NCBI GenBank assembly: GCA_038530905.1
Contig: JBCBCF010000002.1
Coordinates: 1-47,395 of the forward strand
Direction of reading: 5' to 3'
Source of the DNA: Acidobacteriota bacterium
GTDB lineage: Bacteria; Acidobacteriota; Thermoanaerobaculia; Multivoradales; J023
Length of the DNA: 47,395 nucleotides
The notes below the pieces were generated by a model. It saw nothing but the letters and a program-made list of their open reading frames with translations, did not search any database and was not told where the DNA came from. Shown here piece by piece: positions 29,726 to 39,417 of the stretch; within the stretch, counting starts at the first letter, position 1; every line of letters starts with the position of its first letter. A program made the translations under genes and the position numbers.

Positions 29726-32560
29726 ATGGACATGATCACCGTCCGGGGAGCCCGCGAGCACAATCTCAAAAACCTCACCGTCGAGATTCCGCGCAACCGC
29801 CTGGTGGTCATCACCGGCGTCTCGGGTTCGGGCAAGTCGTCGCTTGCCTTCGACACGCTCTTCGCCGAGGGACAGCGACGCTACGTCGAGTCGCTCTCGA
29901 CCTACGCCCGGCAGTTTCTCCAGCAGATGGAGAAGCCGGACATCGACTCGATCGAGGGATTGTCGCCGGCGATCTCGATCGAGCAGAAGTCGGTCTCGCG
30001 CAATCCACGCTCGACCGTCGGGACGGTCACCGAGATCCACGATTACCTCCGTCTGCTCTTCGCGTCGATCGGCGTTCCGCACTGTCCGGAGTGCGGCATT
30101 CCGATTCAGCCGCAGACGGTGCAGCAGATGGTCGACCGCGTGCTCGCCCTGCCCGCCGGCACGCGCTTGGAGCTGATGGCTCCGTACGTGCGGGGCAAAA
30201 AGGGCGAGTACCGCAAGCAGCTCGAGCAGATGGCGCGGGAGGGTTTCGTGCGCGCGCGCATCGACGGCGAGATCTACGATCTTTCGGCGGATCCTCCGAA
30301 GCTCGACAAGCGACGCAAGCACACGATCGACCTGGTGATCGACCGCCTCGTGGTCAAGCCGGGGATCGAGAAACGGCTCGCGCAGTCGATCGAAACGGCG
30401 CTTGGTGTTGCCGACGGCCTGGTGCTCCTGGTGCCGCGTGGCGGCGACGAAGAGCTGCTGTCGCGCAACTGGGGCTGCACGGGATGCGGCTTCAACCTGC
30501 CCGAGGTGTCGCCGCGCCTCTTTTCGTTCAACAGCCCGTTTGGCGCTTGCACCGAATGCGCCGGCCTCGGCACGCTGATGCGTGTCGACCCGGAGAAGGT
30601 CGTGGTCGATCCCGCGCGCTCGATCGACGCCGGCGCGGTGGCGCCGTGGAAGCCGGGCTCGGGCTCGATGCGCATGCGGATGGTCGAGAATGTCGCCGAG
30701 GCGCTCGGCTTTTCATTGTCGACGCCGTGGCGCAAGCTGCCGGCCAAGACGCGCGAGATCCTGCTCTACGGCTCCGGCGACCGCGAGATGGAGTTCGCAG
30801 TCAAAGGCAAGCGCTCCAGCTATACCTGGCAGGGATCGTTCGAAGGTGCCGTGCGCCGCCTCGAGAGGCGCTATCGAGAGACCGACTCGACCGCCGTGCG
30901 CACGGAGATCGAGCGCTATATGTCGGTGCAGATCTGCCCGAGCTGCAAGGGTCGGCGGCTGCGCCCGGAAGCGCTTGCCGTCCGCGTCGATGAGCACTCG
31001 ATCGACGAGCTCGAGGCGCTGCCGGTCGACGAGCTGCACTCGGTGATTCTCGATCTCGAGCTGTCGGAGCGGGATCGCTCGATCGTCGCGAAAGTGATGC
31101 AGGAGATCCAGGATCGGCTCAGCTTCTTGGTCAACGTCGGCGTTGGCTATCTCACCCTCGATCGGTCGGCCGCGACGCTGTCGGGCGGTGAGTCTCAGCG
31201 CATCCGACTGGCGACGCAGATCGGCTCGAAGCTGATGGGCGTCCTCTATGTGCTCGACGAGCCGTCGATCGGTCTCCACCAGCGCGACAATGCACGGCTG
31301 ATTCGCACACTGCAGGGCATGCGCGATCTCGGCAATTCGGTTCTGGTCGTCGAGCACGACGAGGACACGATTCTGGCAGCCGACCATGTCCTCGACCTCG
31401 GGCCGGGCGCCGGTGTGCACGGCGGCGAGTTGGTGGCGCAAGGCTCGCCGCAGGAGATCGAGGCCGACCCTGCGTCGCTGACTGGTCAGTACCTGTCCGG
31501 CATGCGAGCGATCGAGCTGCCGGAGCGGCGGCCGATCGATCGCGACAAGCGGATCATCGTGCGCGGAGCGCGCCACAACAACCTACGCAACGTCACGGCG
31601 GCGTTTCCGGTCGGCTTGTTGACTGTCGTGACCGGCGTCTCGGGTTCGGGAAAGTCGAGCCTGGTCAACGATGTCCTTCACAAGGCGATGGCCCGACACT
31701 TCTATCGTGCCGGGGATCGGCCGGGGGAGCACTCCACGATCGACGGTCTTGAGCACGTCGACAAGGTGATTTCGATCGATCAGAGCCCCATCGGCCGTAC
31801 ACCGCGCTCGAATCCGGCCACCTACACGAATGTTTTCAACCACGTGCGCAACCTGATGGCCAAGACTCCGGAAGCGCGCATGCGCGGCTACAAGCCGGGC
31901 CGGTTCTCGTTCAACGTCGCCGGTGGTCGCTGCGAGCACTGCAAGGGCGACGGTCAGATCAAGATCGAGATGCACTTTCTGCCTGACATTTATGTGACTT
32001 GCGATGTCTGTGGCGGCAAGCGCTATGACCGCGAAACGCTGCAGGTGCGCTACAAGGGCCTCAACATCGCGGAGATCCTGGACTTGACGGTCGAACAGGC
32101 GCTCGAGGTGTTCGCCAACGTGCCGGCGGCGAAGCGGATCTTTCAGACGCTTTCCGATGTCGGGCTCGGCTACGTCAAGCTCGGGCAACCGGCCACGACG
32201 TTGTCCGGCGGCGAGGCGCAGCGCGTCAAGCTGGCGACTGAGCTGGCGAAGCGTTCGACCGGTCGGACCCTCTATCTGCTCGACGAGCCGACCACTGGCC
32301 TGCATTTCGAAGACGTGCGCAAGCTCCTCGACGTATTGCAGCGCCTCACCGCCAAGGGCAACACGGTGATCATCGTCGAGCACCACCTCGATGTCATCAA
32401 GTCGGCGGATTGGATCCTCGATCTCGGACCGGAAGGCGGGGCCGGTGGCGGTGAGTTGATCGCGGAAGGGACGCCCGAAGAAGTGGCTCAGAACACCGGC
32501 AGTCAGACCGGTCGATTCCTGGCCCCGGTCTTGGCGAAAGCACGACGCCACGCCGCGTGA
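29726..32560 (+). CDS. uvrA: excinuclease ABC subunit A
   Basis: '[41 protein letters not shown]', two ABC modules ('[12 protein letters not shown]', '[12 protein letters not shown]') and Zn modules 'CPECG', 'CTGCG..CTEC', '[14 protein letters not shown]'. 944 aa from ATG 29726. Confidence 0.95.
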   Translation: MDMITVRGAREHNLKNLTVEIPRNRLVVITGVSGSGKSSLAFDTLFAEGQRRYVESLSTYARQFLQQMEKPDIDSIEGLSPAISIEQKSVSRNPRSTVGTVTEIHDYLRLLFASIGVPHCPECGIPIQPQTVQQMVDRVLALPAGTRLELMAPYVRGKKGEYRKQLEQMAREGFVRARIDGEIYDLSADPPKLDKRRKHTIDLVIDRLVVKPGIEKRLAQSIETALGVADGLVLLVPRGGDEELLSRNWGCTGCGFNLPEVSPRLFSFNSPFGACTECAGLGTLMRVDPEKVVVDPARSIDAGAVAPWKPGSGSMRMRMVENVAEALGFSLSTPWRKLPAKTREILLYGSGDREMEFAVKGKRSSYTWQGSFEGAVRRLERRYRETDSTAVRTEIERYMSVQICPSCKGRRLRPEALAVRVDEHSIDELEALPVDELHSVILDLELSERDRSIVAKVMQEIQDRLSFLVNVGVGYLTLDRSAATLSGGESQRIRLATQIGSKLMGVLYVLDEPSIGLHQRDNARLIRTLQGMRDLGNSVLVVEHDEDTILAADHVLDLGPGAGVHGGELVAQGSPQEIEADPASLTGQYLSGMRAIELPERRPIDRDKRIIVRGARHNNLRNVTAAFPVGLLTVVTGVSGSGKSSLVNDVLHKAMARHFYRAGDRPGEHSTIDGLEHVDKVISIDQSPIGRTPRSNPATYTNVFNHVRNLMAKTPEARMRGYKPGRFSFNVAGGRCEHCKGDGQIKIEMHFLPDIYVTCDVCGGKRYDRETLQVRYKGLNIAEILDLTVEQALEVFANVPAAKRIFQTLSDVGLGYVKLGQPATTLSGGEAQRVKLATELAKRSTGRTLYLLDEPTTGLHFEDVRKLLDVLQRLTAKGNTVIIVEHHLDVIKSADWILDLGPEGGAGGGELIAEGTPEEVAQNTGSQTGRFLAPVLAKARRHAA

Positions 32561-32574
32561 GCGGCGTGGCGTCG
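32543..32574 (+). terminator. perfect 14-bp hairpin whose GTGA loop contains the uvrA stop codon
   Basis: cgacgccacgccgc (32543-32556), loop gtga (32557-32560, TGA = 32558-32560), gcggcgtggcgtcg (32561-32574). A second 7-bp hairpin cgccgac/gtcggcg lies at 32582-32600. Confidence 0.45.
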
Positions 32575-32621
32575 GATCGATCGCCGACTACGGGTCGGCG
32601 ATCGGCGGTCGAGAACGGTCG

Positions 32622-33407
32622 TCAGCCGACCTGATGCAAGGCGAAGGCGGCGCCCTGCGGATCCATGCACTGCGCGATGTGGTCGCCGCCCGGGACCTCG
32701 ATCGGGCCCACGAGGACCTGGCCTCCGAGCTCCGCGACGCGCGCGACGGCGTCGTCGAGATTCTCGACAGTGACGTAGTAGAGCCAGGCCGACGGTCCCT
32801 GAACCTCGGCCGGCTTGTTGTACATGCCGCCGAGCGGGCGGCCACCGGCATGGAACATGTGGTATTTGCCGGCTTCGCCCATGTCCATGGTCTCTCCGGC
32901 CTCGAAGCCGACCCAGTCGGAATAGAAGCTCCAGGCTTTCTCCCAGTCGTCCGCCAGCATTTCGTGCCAAGAGAAATCGCCGGCGCCCGGCGCCGCCGGC
33001 GCGCTCATGTCGTCGCCTTCCGGACGAAACACCGCGACGACCGCACCCTGAGGGTCATGCAGGACGGCCATGCGGCCGACGTTGGGCACGTCCATGGCCG
33101 CAACCACCACTGTCGATCCTGCGGCTTCGGCTTTGGCGACCGTCGCGTCGACATCCTCGACGCCGACATAGCCGAGCCAATGGGACGGCGCGCCGGCCTC
33201 GATCGCCTCGGCGGGCAGCTCCATGACGCCGGCGATCGGGCGCTCGCCGTTGACCACCATGGTGTAGGGCATGCCGGCGACATCGTCGGTCATGTGGGTC
33301 CAGCCAATCAGCTTGCCGTAGAAGTCCAGCGCCTCTTGGGGCGCCGTGGTCATCAGCTCGTACCAGACGAAGTTGCCGTGAAACGAAGAGTCTTGGCTCA
33401 TCTGCAT
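32622..33407 (-). CDS. two-domain VOC (glyoxalase/bleomycin-resistance fold) protein
   Basis: Duplicated modules 'FVWYELMT..ALDFYGKLIGW' and 'FSWHEMLADDWEKAWSFYSDWVGF', each followed by 'GG.Y..P' and 'DPQGA.F.' elements. ATG 33401 is an alternative start with better spacing from GGAG. Confidence 0.7.
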   Translation of the reverse strand: MQMSQDSSFHGNFVWYELMTTAPQEALDFYGKLIGWTHMTDDVAGMPYTMVVNGERPIAGVMELPAEAIEAGAPSHWLGYVGVEDVDATVAKAEAAGSTVVVAAMDVPNVGRMAVLHDPQGAVVAVFRPEGDDMSAPAAPGAGDFSWHEMLADDWEKAWSFYSDWVGFEAGETMDMGEAGKYHMFHAGGRPLGGMYNKPAEVQGPSAWLYYVTVENLDDAVARVAELGGQVLVGPIEVPGGDHIAQCMDPQGAAFALHQVG

Positions 33408-33485
33408 CTCCAGAATCGGGGGGTGGCGCGACCGCGCGTGCGGTTGCGGAGCTAACGGCGGGACAAGAACGAAAGAGCCGGCATT

Positions 33486-33728
33486 CTAGCCCGGCTCATT
33501 CCCGATCTTTGGTTCGTCAGTCTCGTCACCGCCACCGCGGTCTTCATCGCCATCTTCGCCGCCCGGCCGCTCGGTCGGTGGCGGCCAGCGCCCGGCTTTT
33601 CGCAGCGCGTCGACCAGGAGGAATTCGATCTGCCCGTTGATCGAGCGCAGATCATCCTCGGCCCAACGCCGGACAGCGGCGTAGACCTCGGGAGGAAGGC
33701 GCAGAGCGAATCCCTTGCGGCCCGGCAC
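33486..33728 (-). CDS. Arc/MetJ-type ribbon-helix-helix DNA-binding protein with acidic tail
   Basis: GTG 33726-33728, 5 nt after the SPFH stop. '[40 protein letters not shown]' fits the Arc-like RHH pattern. The C-terminal ~35 aa are Gly/Asp/Glu-rich. Confidence 0.5.
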   Translation of the reverse strand: MPGRKGFALRLPPEVYAAVRRWAEDDLRSINGQIEFLLVDALRKAGRWPPPTERPGGEDGDEDRGGGDETDEPKIGNEPG

Positions 33729-33732
33729 TCGC

Positions 33733-34599
33733 TCAGTGGTAAAGATTGCCGGTGTTGACCACCGGCTGAGTGTGGCGATCGCTGCACAGGACGACGAGCA
33801 GATTCGACACCATCGCCGCGCGGCGCTCGTCGTCGAGCTCGACGACCTGGCGCTGGTTGAGCATCTCCAGCGCGTGCTCGACCATGCCGACCGCGCCTTC
33901 GACGATCTCGGAGCGTGCCGCGACCACCGCGCTCGCCTGCTGGCGCTGAAGCATCGCGGCGGCGATCTCCTGGGCGTAAGCAAGATGGCTGATGCGCGTC
34001 TCGATCACCTCGATGCCGGCCTTCTCGAGTCGTTCCTGAACCTCGACCTGCAGGCGCTCGGAGATCTCGGCAGTGTTCCCGGAGAGAGATTGCGCTCCCT
34101 CCGAATGTGTGACGTAGGGATAGTTGGTGGCGAGCGTGCGCAGCGCGGCCTCACTCTGGACGTGCACGTAGTTGACGAAGTCTTCCACGTTGAAGACGGC
34201 TTCTGCCGAGTCGTACACTCGCCAGACGACCACCGCGCCGATCTCGACCGGGTTGCCCTCGCTGTCGTTGACCTTCAGGCGGCCGGTCTCGAAGTTGCGC
34301 GTGCGGAGCGACACTTTTTGCTTCGTGAACAACGGGTTGTTCCAGCGCAGGCCTGGTTCCTTGACGGAGCCCCGGTAGGCGCCGAAGAGCTGGAGCACGC
34401 GCGCCTGGTTCGGTTGGACCATATAGAGCCCGAGCATCAGGAAGACGATGAAGGCGATCGAGAAAATCGACAAGACGAAGCCGGCGACGAAGTCGGCGCG
34501 CGCCGAGGCGACGACTCCGACGATCGACGCGAAGAACAAGAGAATCAGACAGATCAGCCAGGGGATGCCGGCGCCAGAGCGGGCGACATTTTCTTTCAT
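33733..34599 (-). CDS. SPFH/Band-7 (stomatin-like) membrane protein
   Basis: ATG 34597-34599 with GAGGAGG upstream and two N-terminal TM helices. '[30 protein letters not shown]', '[21 protein letters not shown]' and '[27 protein letters not shown]'. Confidence 0.8.
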   Translation of the reverse strand: MKENVARSGAGIPWLICLILLFFASIVGVVASARADFVAGFVLSIFSIAFIVFLMLGLYMVQPNQARVLQLFGAYRGSVKEPGLRWNNPLFTKQKVSLRTRNFETGRLKVNDSEGNPVEIGAVVVWRVYDSAEAVFNVEDFVNYVHVQSEAALRTLATNYPYVTHSEGAQSLSGNTAEISERLQVEVQERLEKAGIEVIETRISHLAYAQEIAAAMLQRQQASAVVAARSEIVEGAVGMVEHALEMLNQRQVVELDDERRAAMVSNLLVVLCSDRHTQPVVNTGNLYH

Positions 34600-34640
34600 G
34601 GACGACCTCCTCAGAATGGGCTCGAAGGTTTGACATCGAG

Positions 34641-36494
34641 ATGATATCACTTCGACATCATCTTGTCGCTCTACGGGCGAGCCGCGAGACGCATTCGTGT
34701 GGTTGGCTGATTCGTTCAGGCCCGCTCCTGGCGCTTGTGGTGGTCGGCGTGCTCACCGGGGGCTGTGGCGGAACCGCCAATCAGGACCTGGTGGATCGCC
34801 GCGGCTGGCAAGACCTCCTGGTCGACGGCGGCCTTCGGATGGACTCGCCCGTCGGGGGCCCGCCGGTCGAGGCGGCCGTCCCGTCGCTGGAGCCGATCCT
34901 CTGCGGTGACGTCGTTCGGCAGGGGATTCAGCTCGCCGCTCGTCGTGACATCGCGCTCGACGTTCTCGACAGCTCCGGGCCCGTCGTCGATCCCGAGGCC
35001 GTCGCGACGCTCCGGCTCGAAGGCTGCGCTCGCCAGCGCTCGACGGAGCTGCGGCTGCGCTGGCGCGACGCCGGCGGCCAGACCCATCGATGGCAACACC
35101 GCGTCGAGGCCGGAGGGATCTTGCGCACCACGATCCCGCTGGATCCCGCGCCAGCGCGAGGACTGCGCCTGCGGTCGGTCGGCGGCGCGTTCGACGTTCA
35201 GGAGATGATCCTGGAAGGCCGCGCCGCATCGCCTCCACCGGACGCGGTTGCTGACGATCTCGCCGGCCGTCAGATCCTTCTCATCTCGATCGACACGCTG
35301 CGCGCGGACGCGGTGGAGCCGCCCGTTCTGCCGATGCCGGCGTTTGACGCGCTGCGCGTCCAGTCCCAGCGAATGACCCGCCATTATTCGGGTGCGCCGT
35401 GGACGAAGCCGTCGCACGGGACGCTGCTCACTGGTCAGCCGGTGCGGGTGCACGGTGCGGTGAACGTAGAAGACGCCCTCCGGCCCTCCGTGACCACGCT
35501 CGCCGAGCGCTTCCGCGACGCCGGCTGGGCGACCGAGGGCCTGGTTCACGATTGCGTGTGGTTGAACCCAAAGTTTGGCTTCGACCGCGGATTCGAGCGC
35601 TATCGATCGGTTCCATGGTCGGCGCCGAAGCAGGTGCGAGCGGCCGCGGCCAGCCTCGATGCGCTCGCCGATCGGCCGTTCTTTCTCTTCCTGCATACGT
35701 TCGACCCTCATTCCGACTTTCGTCGCCTGCCGTACGAGAGCTTGGAGGCGGACGCAACGAAGGCTGGCGCCGCCCTCGGCGTCGAGCGCTACGGCTGCCG
35801 GGAGGCGCATTGCGCCTCGGGCCTCCTGAAGGCGCTTGAGACGGGGGACATCGACATCCTGCCGGGCGAGGTCGAGCTGCTCCGCTCGCTCTACCACCGC
35901 GGCGTGGCCGATCTCGACGCGACGCTCGGCTGGCTGGTCGCTCGGCTGCGCGAGCGCGGCCTGTGGGACCGCCTGACGGTGGTGGTGACGAGCGATCACG
36001 GCGAGTCGCTGCACGGGGTCGGCCGGATGCTGCACGGCTCGCCGTTCGAAGAAGTGCTGCGCGTGCCGCTGTGGATCAAATGGCCGGCGGGTGAGCGCGC
36101 CGGTGTCACGATCGACCGCACGACCAGCAGCCTCGACGTCGCGACGACGCTCCTGTCGGCCGCCGGCCTGCCGACCTCAGGCCTGCCGGGTGTCGATTTG
36201 CGCGTTCCGAGCCGCGAGCGGCCAGCCTTCGCCGGAACACATTGGCGGGTGGTGATCGACGGCGATCTCAAGCTGTGGTGGCATCGGATCGAGCCGTCAC
36301 GTCTTTACGATCTGGCGGCCGATCCCGGCGAGACCCGCGATCTCGCTGCGCAGCGACCCGTGGAGGTGGCGCGCCTCGAGCGACTGTTGCGCCGTTGGCA
36401 GCGAGCGACGCGCGCGGCTGCCGACACCGAGGCGCCGTCGGCGACGATCGACGCCGAGGAAGCGGCGCACCTCGAGGCGCTCGGCTATCTCTGA
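34641..36494 (+). CDS. sulfatase-like hydrolase/transferase (alkaline-phosphatase superfamily) with ~200-aa N-terminal extra domain
   Basis: 'ILLISIDTLRADAV', nucleophile region 'APWTKPSHGTLLTGQ' (Thr where sulfatases have Cys/Ser) and 'VVVTSDHGESL'. N-terminal signal/lipobox-like 'VVGVLTGGCGG'. The exact start is uncertain. Confidence 0.7.
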   Translation: MISLRHHLVALRASRETHSCGWLIRSGPLLALVVVGVLTGGCGGTANQDLVDRRGWQDLLVDGGLRMDSPVGGPPVEAAVPSLEPILCGDVVRQGIQLAARRDIALDVLDSSGPVVDPEAVATLRLEGCARQRSTELRLRWRDAGGQTHRWQHRVEAGGILRTTIPLDPAPARGLRLRSVGGAFDVQEMILEGRAASPPPDAVADDLAGRQILLISIDTLRADAVEPPVLPMPAFDALRVQSQRMTRHYSGAPWTKPSHGTLLTGQPVRVHGAVNVEDALRPSVTTLAERFRDAGWATEGLVHDCVWLNPKFGFDRGFERYRSVPWSAPKQVRAAAASLDALADRPFFLFLHTFDPHSDFRRLPYESLEADATKAGAALGVERYGCREAHCASGLLKALETGDIDILPGEVELLRSLYHRGVADLDATLGWLVARLRERGLWDRLTVVVTSDHGESLHGVGRMLHGSPFEEVLRVPLWIKWPAGERAGVTIDRTTSSLDVATTLLSAAGLPTSGLPGVDLRVPSRERPAFAGTHWRVVIDGDLKLWWHRIEPSRLYDLAADPGETRDLAAQRPVEVARLERLLRRWQRATRAAADTEAPSATIDAEEAAHLEALGYL

Positions 36495-36512
36495 TCGGAG
36501 GGAGGTAGAAGC

Positions 36513-37037
36513 ATGCTCGAAACCGACCGCCTGAGAATCCGTCGCCTGACGGCCGCCGACGCCGACTTTTTGTTGGAGCTCCTGAACGATCCAGACTTCC
36601 TGCGCCAGATCGGCGACCGCGGGGTCCGCCGGTACGAGCAGGCGATCCGCTACGTGATCGACGGACCGGACGCCATGTTCGAGCGTCACGGCGTCGGTCT
36701 GATGGCGGTGGTCGAGAAGGCAAGTGGCGCGTCGGTCGGGATCTGCGGCCTGCTCCGACGCGCGGAGCTCGAGGGTTTTGATCTCGGCTTTGCGTTTCTT
36801 GCCGCGGCGCGCGGGCGGGGCTACGCCACCGAGGCCTCGCGCCGGGTGCTCGACGACGCGATCTCGCGGCTCGATCTCGGACCGAGCGTTCTGGCCATCA
36901 CCGCGCCCGGAAACGACGCTTCGGCGCGGGTCCTGTCGAAGCTCGGTTTCGTCGCCCGCGGTCGGCGGTCGCTCCATGACGAGGGCGAAGAGATCGAGCT
37001 GTACGCACTCGAGTTGCCGAGCGGATCGGTGCCCTGA
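36513..37037 (+). CDS. GNAT N-acetyltransferase (RimJ/RimL-like)
   Basis: 'LETDRLRIRRLTAADADFLLELLNDPDF' and 'RGRGYATEASRRVLD'. GGAGG lies upstream, 18 nt after the sulfatase-like stop. Confidence 0.75.
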   Translation: MLETDRLRIRRLTAADADFLLELLNDPDFLRQIGDRGVRRYEQAIRYVIDGPDAMFERHGVGLMAVVEKASGASVGICGLLRRAELEGFDLGFAFLAAARGRGYATEASRRVLDDAISRLDLGPSVLAITAPGNDASARVLSKLGFVARGRRSLHDEGEEIELYALELPSGSVP

Positions 37038-37121
37038 CGCCGACTGGCCTGTCGTTCTCGAAACGGCGTCCGCCGGCCGCGCGCTGCCTAGCCGCTCGGT
37101 CGGCGCGCAGGGGCGGGCGCC

Positions 37122-37709
37122 TCAGCCGCCGTAGGTGTAACGATTCTGCACGCTGCCGTCGAGTCGATAGATCACCAGCCGGCTGGGCTCGTGATCGCGC
37201 GCGATCTTGCGCGCGGCGTCGAGGGCGCTTTTCTTGGTGGCGTGCTCGTCCTGCACCGTGCCGTCTTCGAGAGTGATCTGCCACCCGCGCTCGGCCGGCT
37301 TCAGGTGGTAAACCAGCGTCGGCCGGCCGTCGGTCGTGTCGATGTCTTCGCTGAACTCGGGGTCTTCGCTGAACTCGGGTTCGGATGCCGAGACGGCGGC
37401 GGCCGGTGGGTTCGCTGGTCGGCCCTCCGTGCGTTCGGCGGGCGCCGGGTCGTTCGCGGCCGAGCGAGCGTTGACCTCTGCCGACTCGGTGCGGCGTTCT
37501 GTGGTCGCGGCGCGCGCCGGCGCATGCGGGGTCGGCGCGGGCTGCACCGTTCGAGGTGGCTCGTGCAGCGCGCTTTCCAACCGTTTCCACAGAGCGAGAC
37601 CTGCGCCTGCGGCCAAGCCGAGCGCTCCCAGCGCGGCCAGCCAGCCTCGGCGTCGCGGCGACGGCTGGTCTCCAGTCGGAGGCTCCGACGAACGATCGAA
37701 CTGAGTCAT
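37122..37709 (-). CDS. membrane-anchored protein with C-terminal DUF2188-like domain
   Basis: ATG 37707-37709 (MTQFDRSSE...), TM 'WLAALGALGLAAGAGLALW' and a disordered linker. The C-terminus 'WQITLEDGTVQDEHATKKSALDAARKIARDHEPSRLVIYRLDGSVQNRYTYG' fits the DUF2188 pattern. Confidence 0.5.
   Translation of the reverse strand: MTQFDRSSEPPTGDQPSPRRRGWLAALGALGLAAGAGLALWKRLESALHEPPRTVQPAPTPHAPARAATTERRTESAEVNARSAANDPAPAERTEGRPANPPAAAVSASEPEFSEDPEFSEDIDTTDGRPTLVYHLKPAERGWQITLEDGTVQDEHATKKSALDAARKIARDHEPSRLVIYRLDGSVQNRYTYGG
37344..37379. repeat. perfect 2 x 18-nt tandem duplication inside the CDS
   Basis: gtcttcgctgaactcggg occurs at 37344-37361 and again at 37362-37379. On the minus strand it encodes PEFSED-PEFSED. 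Confidence 0.9.
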
Positions 37710-38032
37710 CGTGCTGGGTCCCTTCCGGCGTCGAGTTCGCGCCGGCCCGCGCCGATGAGATCGACCTCTCGCGCGACGGGTGGCACGCCGGCAGCGGAGG
37801 CGTCGAACAGGATCGGGGGAGGTGCAGAGGCGGGCCGACGGCCGAATGGTATCACCGGCGTCGCACGCGGCGCGGCCGTGAAGGGATGCCGACGGATCGC
37901 CGCGAAGCGCCGCCGATGGTGAGTCGTCGGCGCTCCGCGGCAGGTGAGTTTCCGGCTCGTCCTCGGCGATTAGCAAGGGTGATGCCAACCGCGAATTCGT
38001 CGGTTTGGCCGGCCGACGCGGAGTTGGAGGCT

Positions 38033-38058
38033 GACGATTCTCAAAGTTGAGAATCGTC
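38033..38058. promoter_or_regulatory. perfect 26-nt palindrome (11-bp arms, 4-nt centre)
   Basis: gacgattctca-aagt-tgagaatcgtc, unusually AT-rich for this DNA. It lies 163 nt upstream of the PLP-enzyme ATG inside a ~510-nt spacer with no convincing ORF. Confidence 0.5.
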
Positions 38059-38220
38059 GTGTCGGTGCTGAGAACGTTCGAGTCGAAGACGCCGTCGATC
38101 CGTCGACCGAAGGTATGCTGCCCGCCGTCGCGCCCGGTACCGGTCGTCGAGACCGGCCCCAGAGTCCGCCCGGACAGCGCCGCCGAGCTGGCGGCGCATC
38201 AGCCTCCAGGAGCTCCATCG

Positions 38221-39417
38221 ATGTCCCGATCCCGAGATCTTCGCCTCGCGTCCCGCGTGATCCACGGTCACCAGCGTCCCGAGCCCGTGACCGGCGCGGT
38301 CATGCCGCCTATCTTCACATCGGCGACTTATGCGCAGAGCGCGCCAGGCGAGCATCGTGGTTTTGAGTACTCGCGCTCGCACAACCCGACGCGGTACGCG
38401 TTCGAGCGGCTGGTGGCTTCGATCGAAGGCTCGCCGATCACCGAAGCACAGGATCCGAGCTGCGGTGGGTTCGCGTTCTCGTCGGGCCTGGCCGCGATGG
38501 CGACGACCCTCGAGCTGGTCGACGCCGGCGCGCGAGTGGTCGCCACCGATGATCTCTACGGCGGTTCACGGCGCCTGCTGTCGCAGGTGCGTGAACGCAG
38601 CCAGCAGCTCGACGTGGTCTATGCCGATCTCGGCGATCCCGATGTCGCCGAGCGCGAGCTGACCGCGGAGACCGCCCTCGTCTGGGTCGAAACACCGACC
38701 AATCCGATGATGAAGCTGGTCGATCTCGCCGCCGTCGCCGAGCTGGCGCGAGCCCGCAACCCCAACGTCATTCTGGTGTGCGACAACACCTTCGCATCGC
38801 CGATCTTCCAGCAGCCGATCGAGCTGGGCTTCGACATTGCGATGCACTCGACGACCAAATACCTCAACGGACACAGCGACTCGGTCGGCGGGGTCGTGGC
38901 CGTAGCGCGTGAGGATCTGGTCGAGCGAATGCGGTTCTTGCAGAACGCCGTCGGCGCGGTGATGTCCCCGTTCGACAGCTATCTGGCCCTGCGCGGCGCC
39001 AAGACGCTCGACATCCGCATGCAGCGTCATCAGAGCAACGCGCTCGCTCTCGCTCGCTATCTCGACCAGCATCCCAAGGTCGAGGGCGTGATCTTCCCGG
39101 CGCTCGAAAGCCATCCGCAGCACGAGTTGTTTCGACGGCAGATGCGCGGCACGAGCGGCATGATCACGTTCACCGTCACTGGTGGCCTCGACGCGGCGCG
39201 TCGGTTTGCCGAAAGCGTTGAGGTTTTCCAGCTGGCCGAAAGTCTTGGCGCGGTGGAGAGTCTGGTCAACCATCCGGCCATCATGACCCACGCGTCCGTT
39301 CCCGCCGAGGTCCGCGCCGACCTCGGCATCGACGACAACCTTCTGCGCCTCTCGGTCGGCATCGAAAACCCGGACGATCTGCAGGAAGACCTCGAACGAG
39401 CGCTCGAGCAGGTCTGA
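38221..39417 (+). CDS. Cys/Met-metabolism PLP enzyme (cystathionine gamma-synthase / gamma-lyase / beta-lyase family)
   Basis: 'GAVMPPIFTSATYAQ', 'YSRSHNPTRYAFE' and PLP-Lys motif 'HSTTKYLNGHSD'. ATG 38221 has AGGAG 9 nt upstream. The subfamily cannot be decided by eye. Confidence 0.85.
   Translation: MSRSRDLRLASRVIHGHQRPEPVTGAVMPPIFTSATYAQSAPGEHRGFEYSRSHNPTRYAFERLVASIEGSPITEAQDPSCGGFAFSSGLAAMATTLELVDAGARVVATDDLYGGSRRLLSQVRERSQQLDVVYADLGDPDVAERELTAETALVWVETPTNPMMKLVDLAAVAELARARNPNVILVCDNTFASPIFQQPIELGFDIAMHSTTKYLNGHSDSVGGVVAVAREDLVERMRFLQNAVGAVMSPFDSYLALRGAKTLDIRMQRHQSNALALARYLDQHPKVEGVIFPALESHPQHELFRRQMRGTSGMITFTVTGGLDAARRFAESVEVFQLAESLGAVESLVNHPAIMTHASVPAEVRADLGIDDNLLRLSVGIENPDDLQEDLERALEQV

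Noticed and set aside
34716-36035. 439-aa minus-strand ORF inside the sulfatase-like gene
   Set aside because: It is antisense to a frame with intact alkaline-phosphatase-superfamily motifs, and the composition is Arg/Ala-rich.
38076-38084. 'gttcgagtc' resembling a tRNA T-loop
   Set aside because: The flanking 5-mers (gaacg / cgaag) are not complementary, so no T-stem forms, and no acceptor or anticodon arms can be drawn.
37710-38220. SAM-I/SAM-II/SAM-IV or cobalamin riboswitch upstream of the Cys/Met PLP gene
   Set aside because: I looked for the GAGGGA/GCAACC SAM-I core, the SAM-II AAAGCU pseudoknot words and a B12 box (AGCCNGGAGACC). None is present on either strand. This was an eye search only, so an Rfam scan is still advised.
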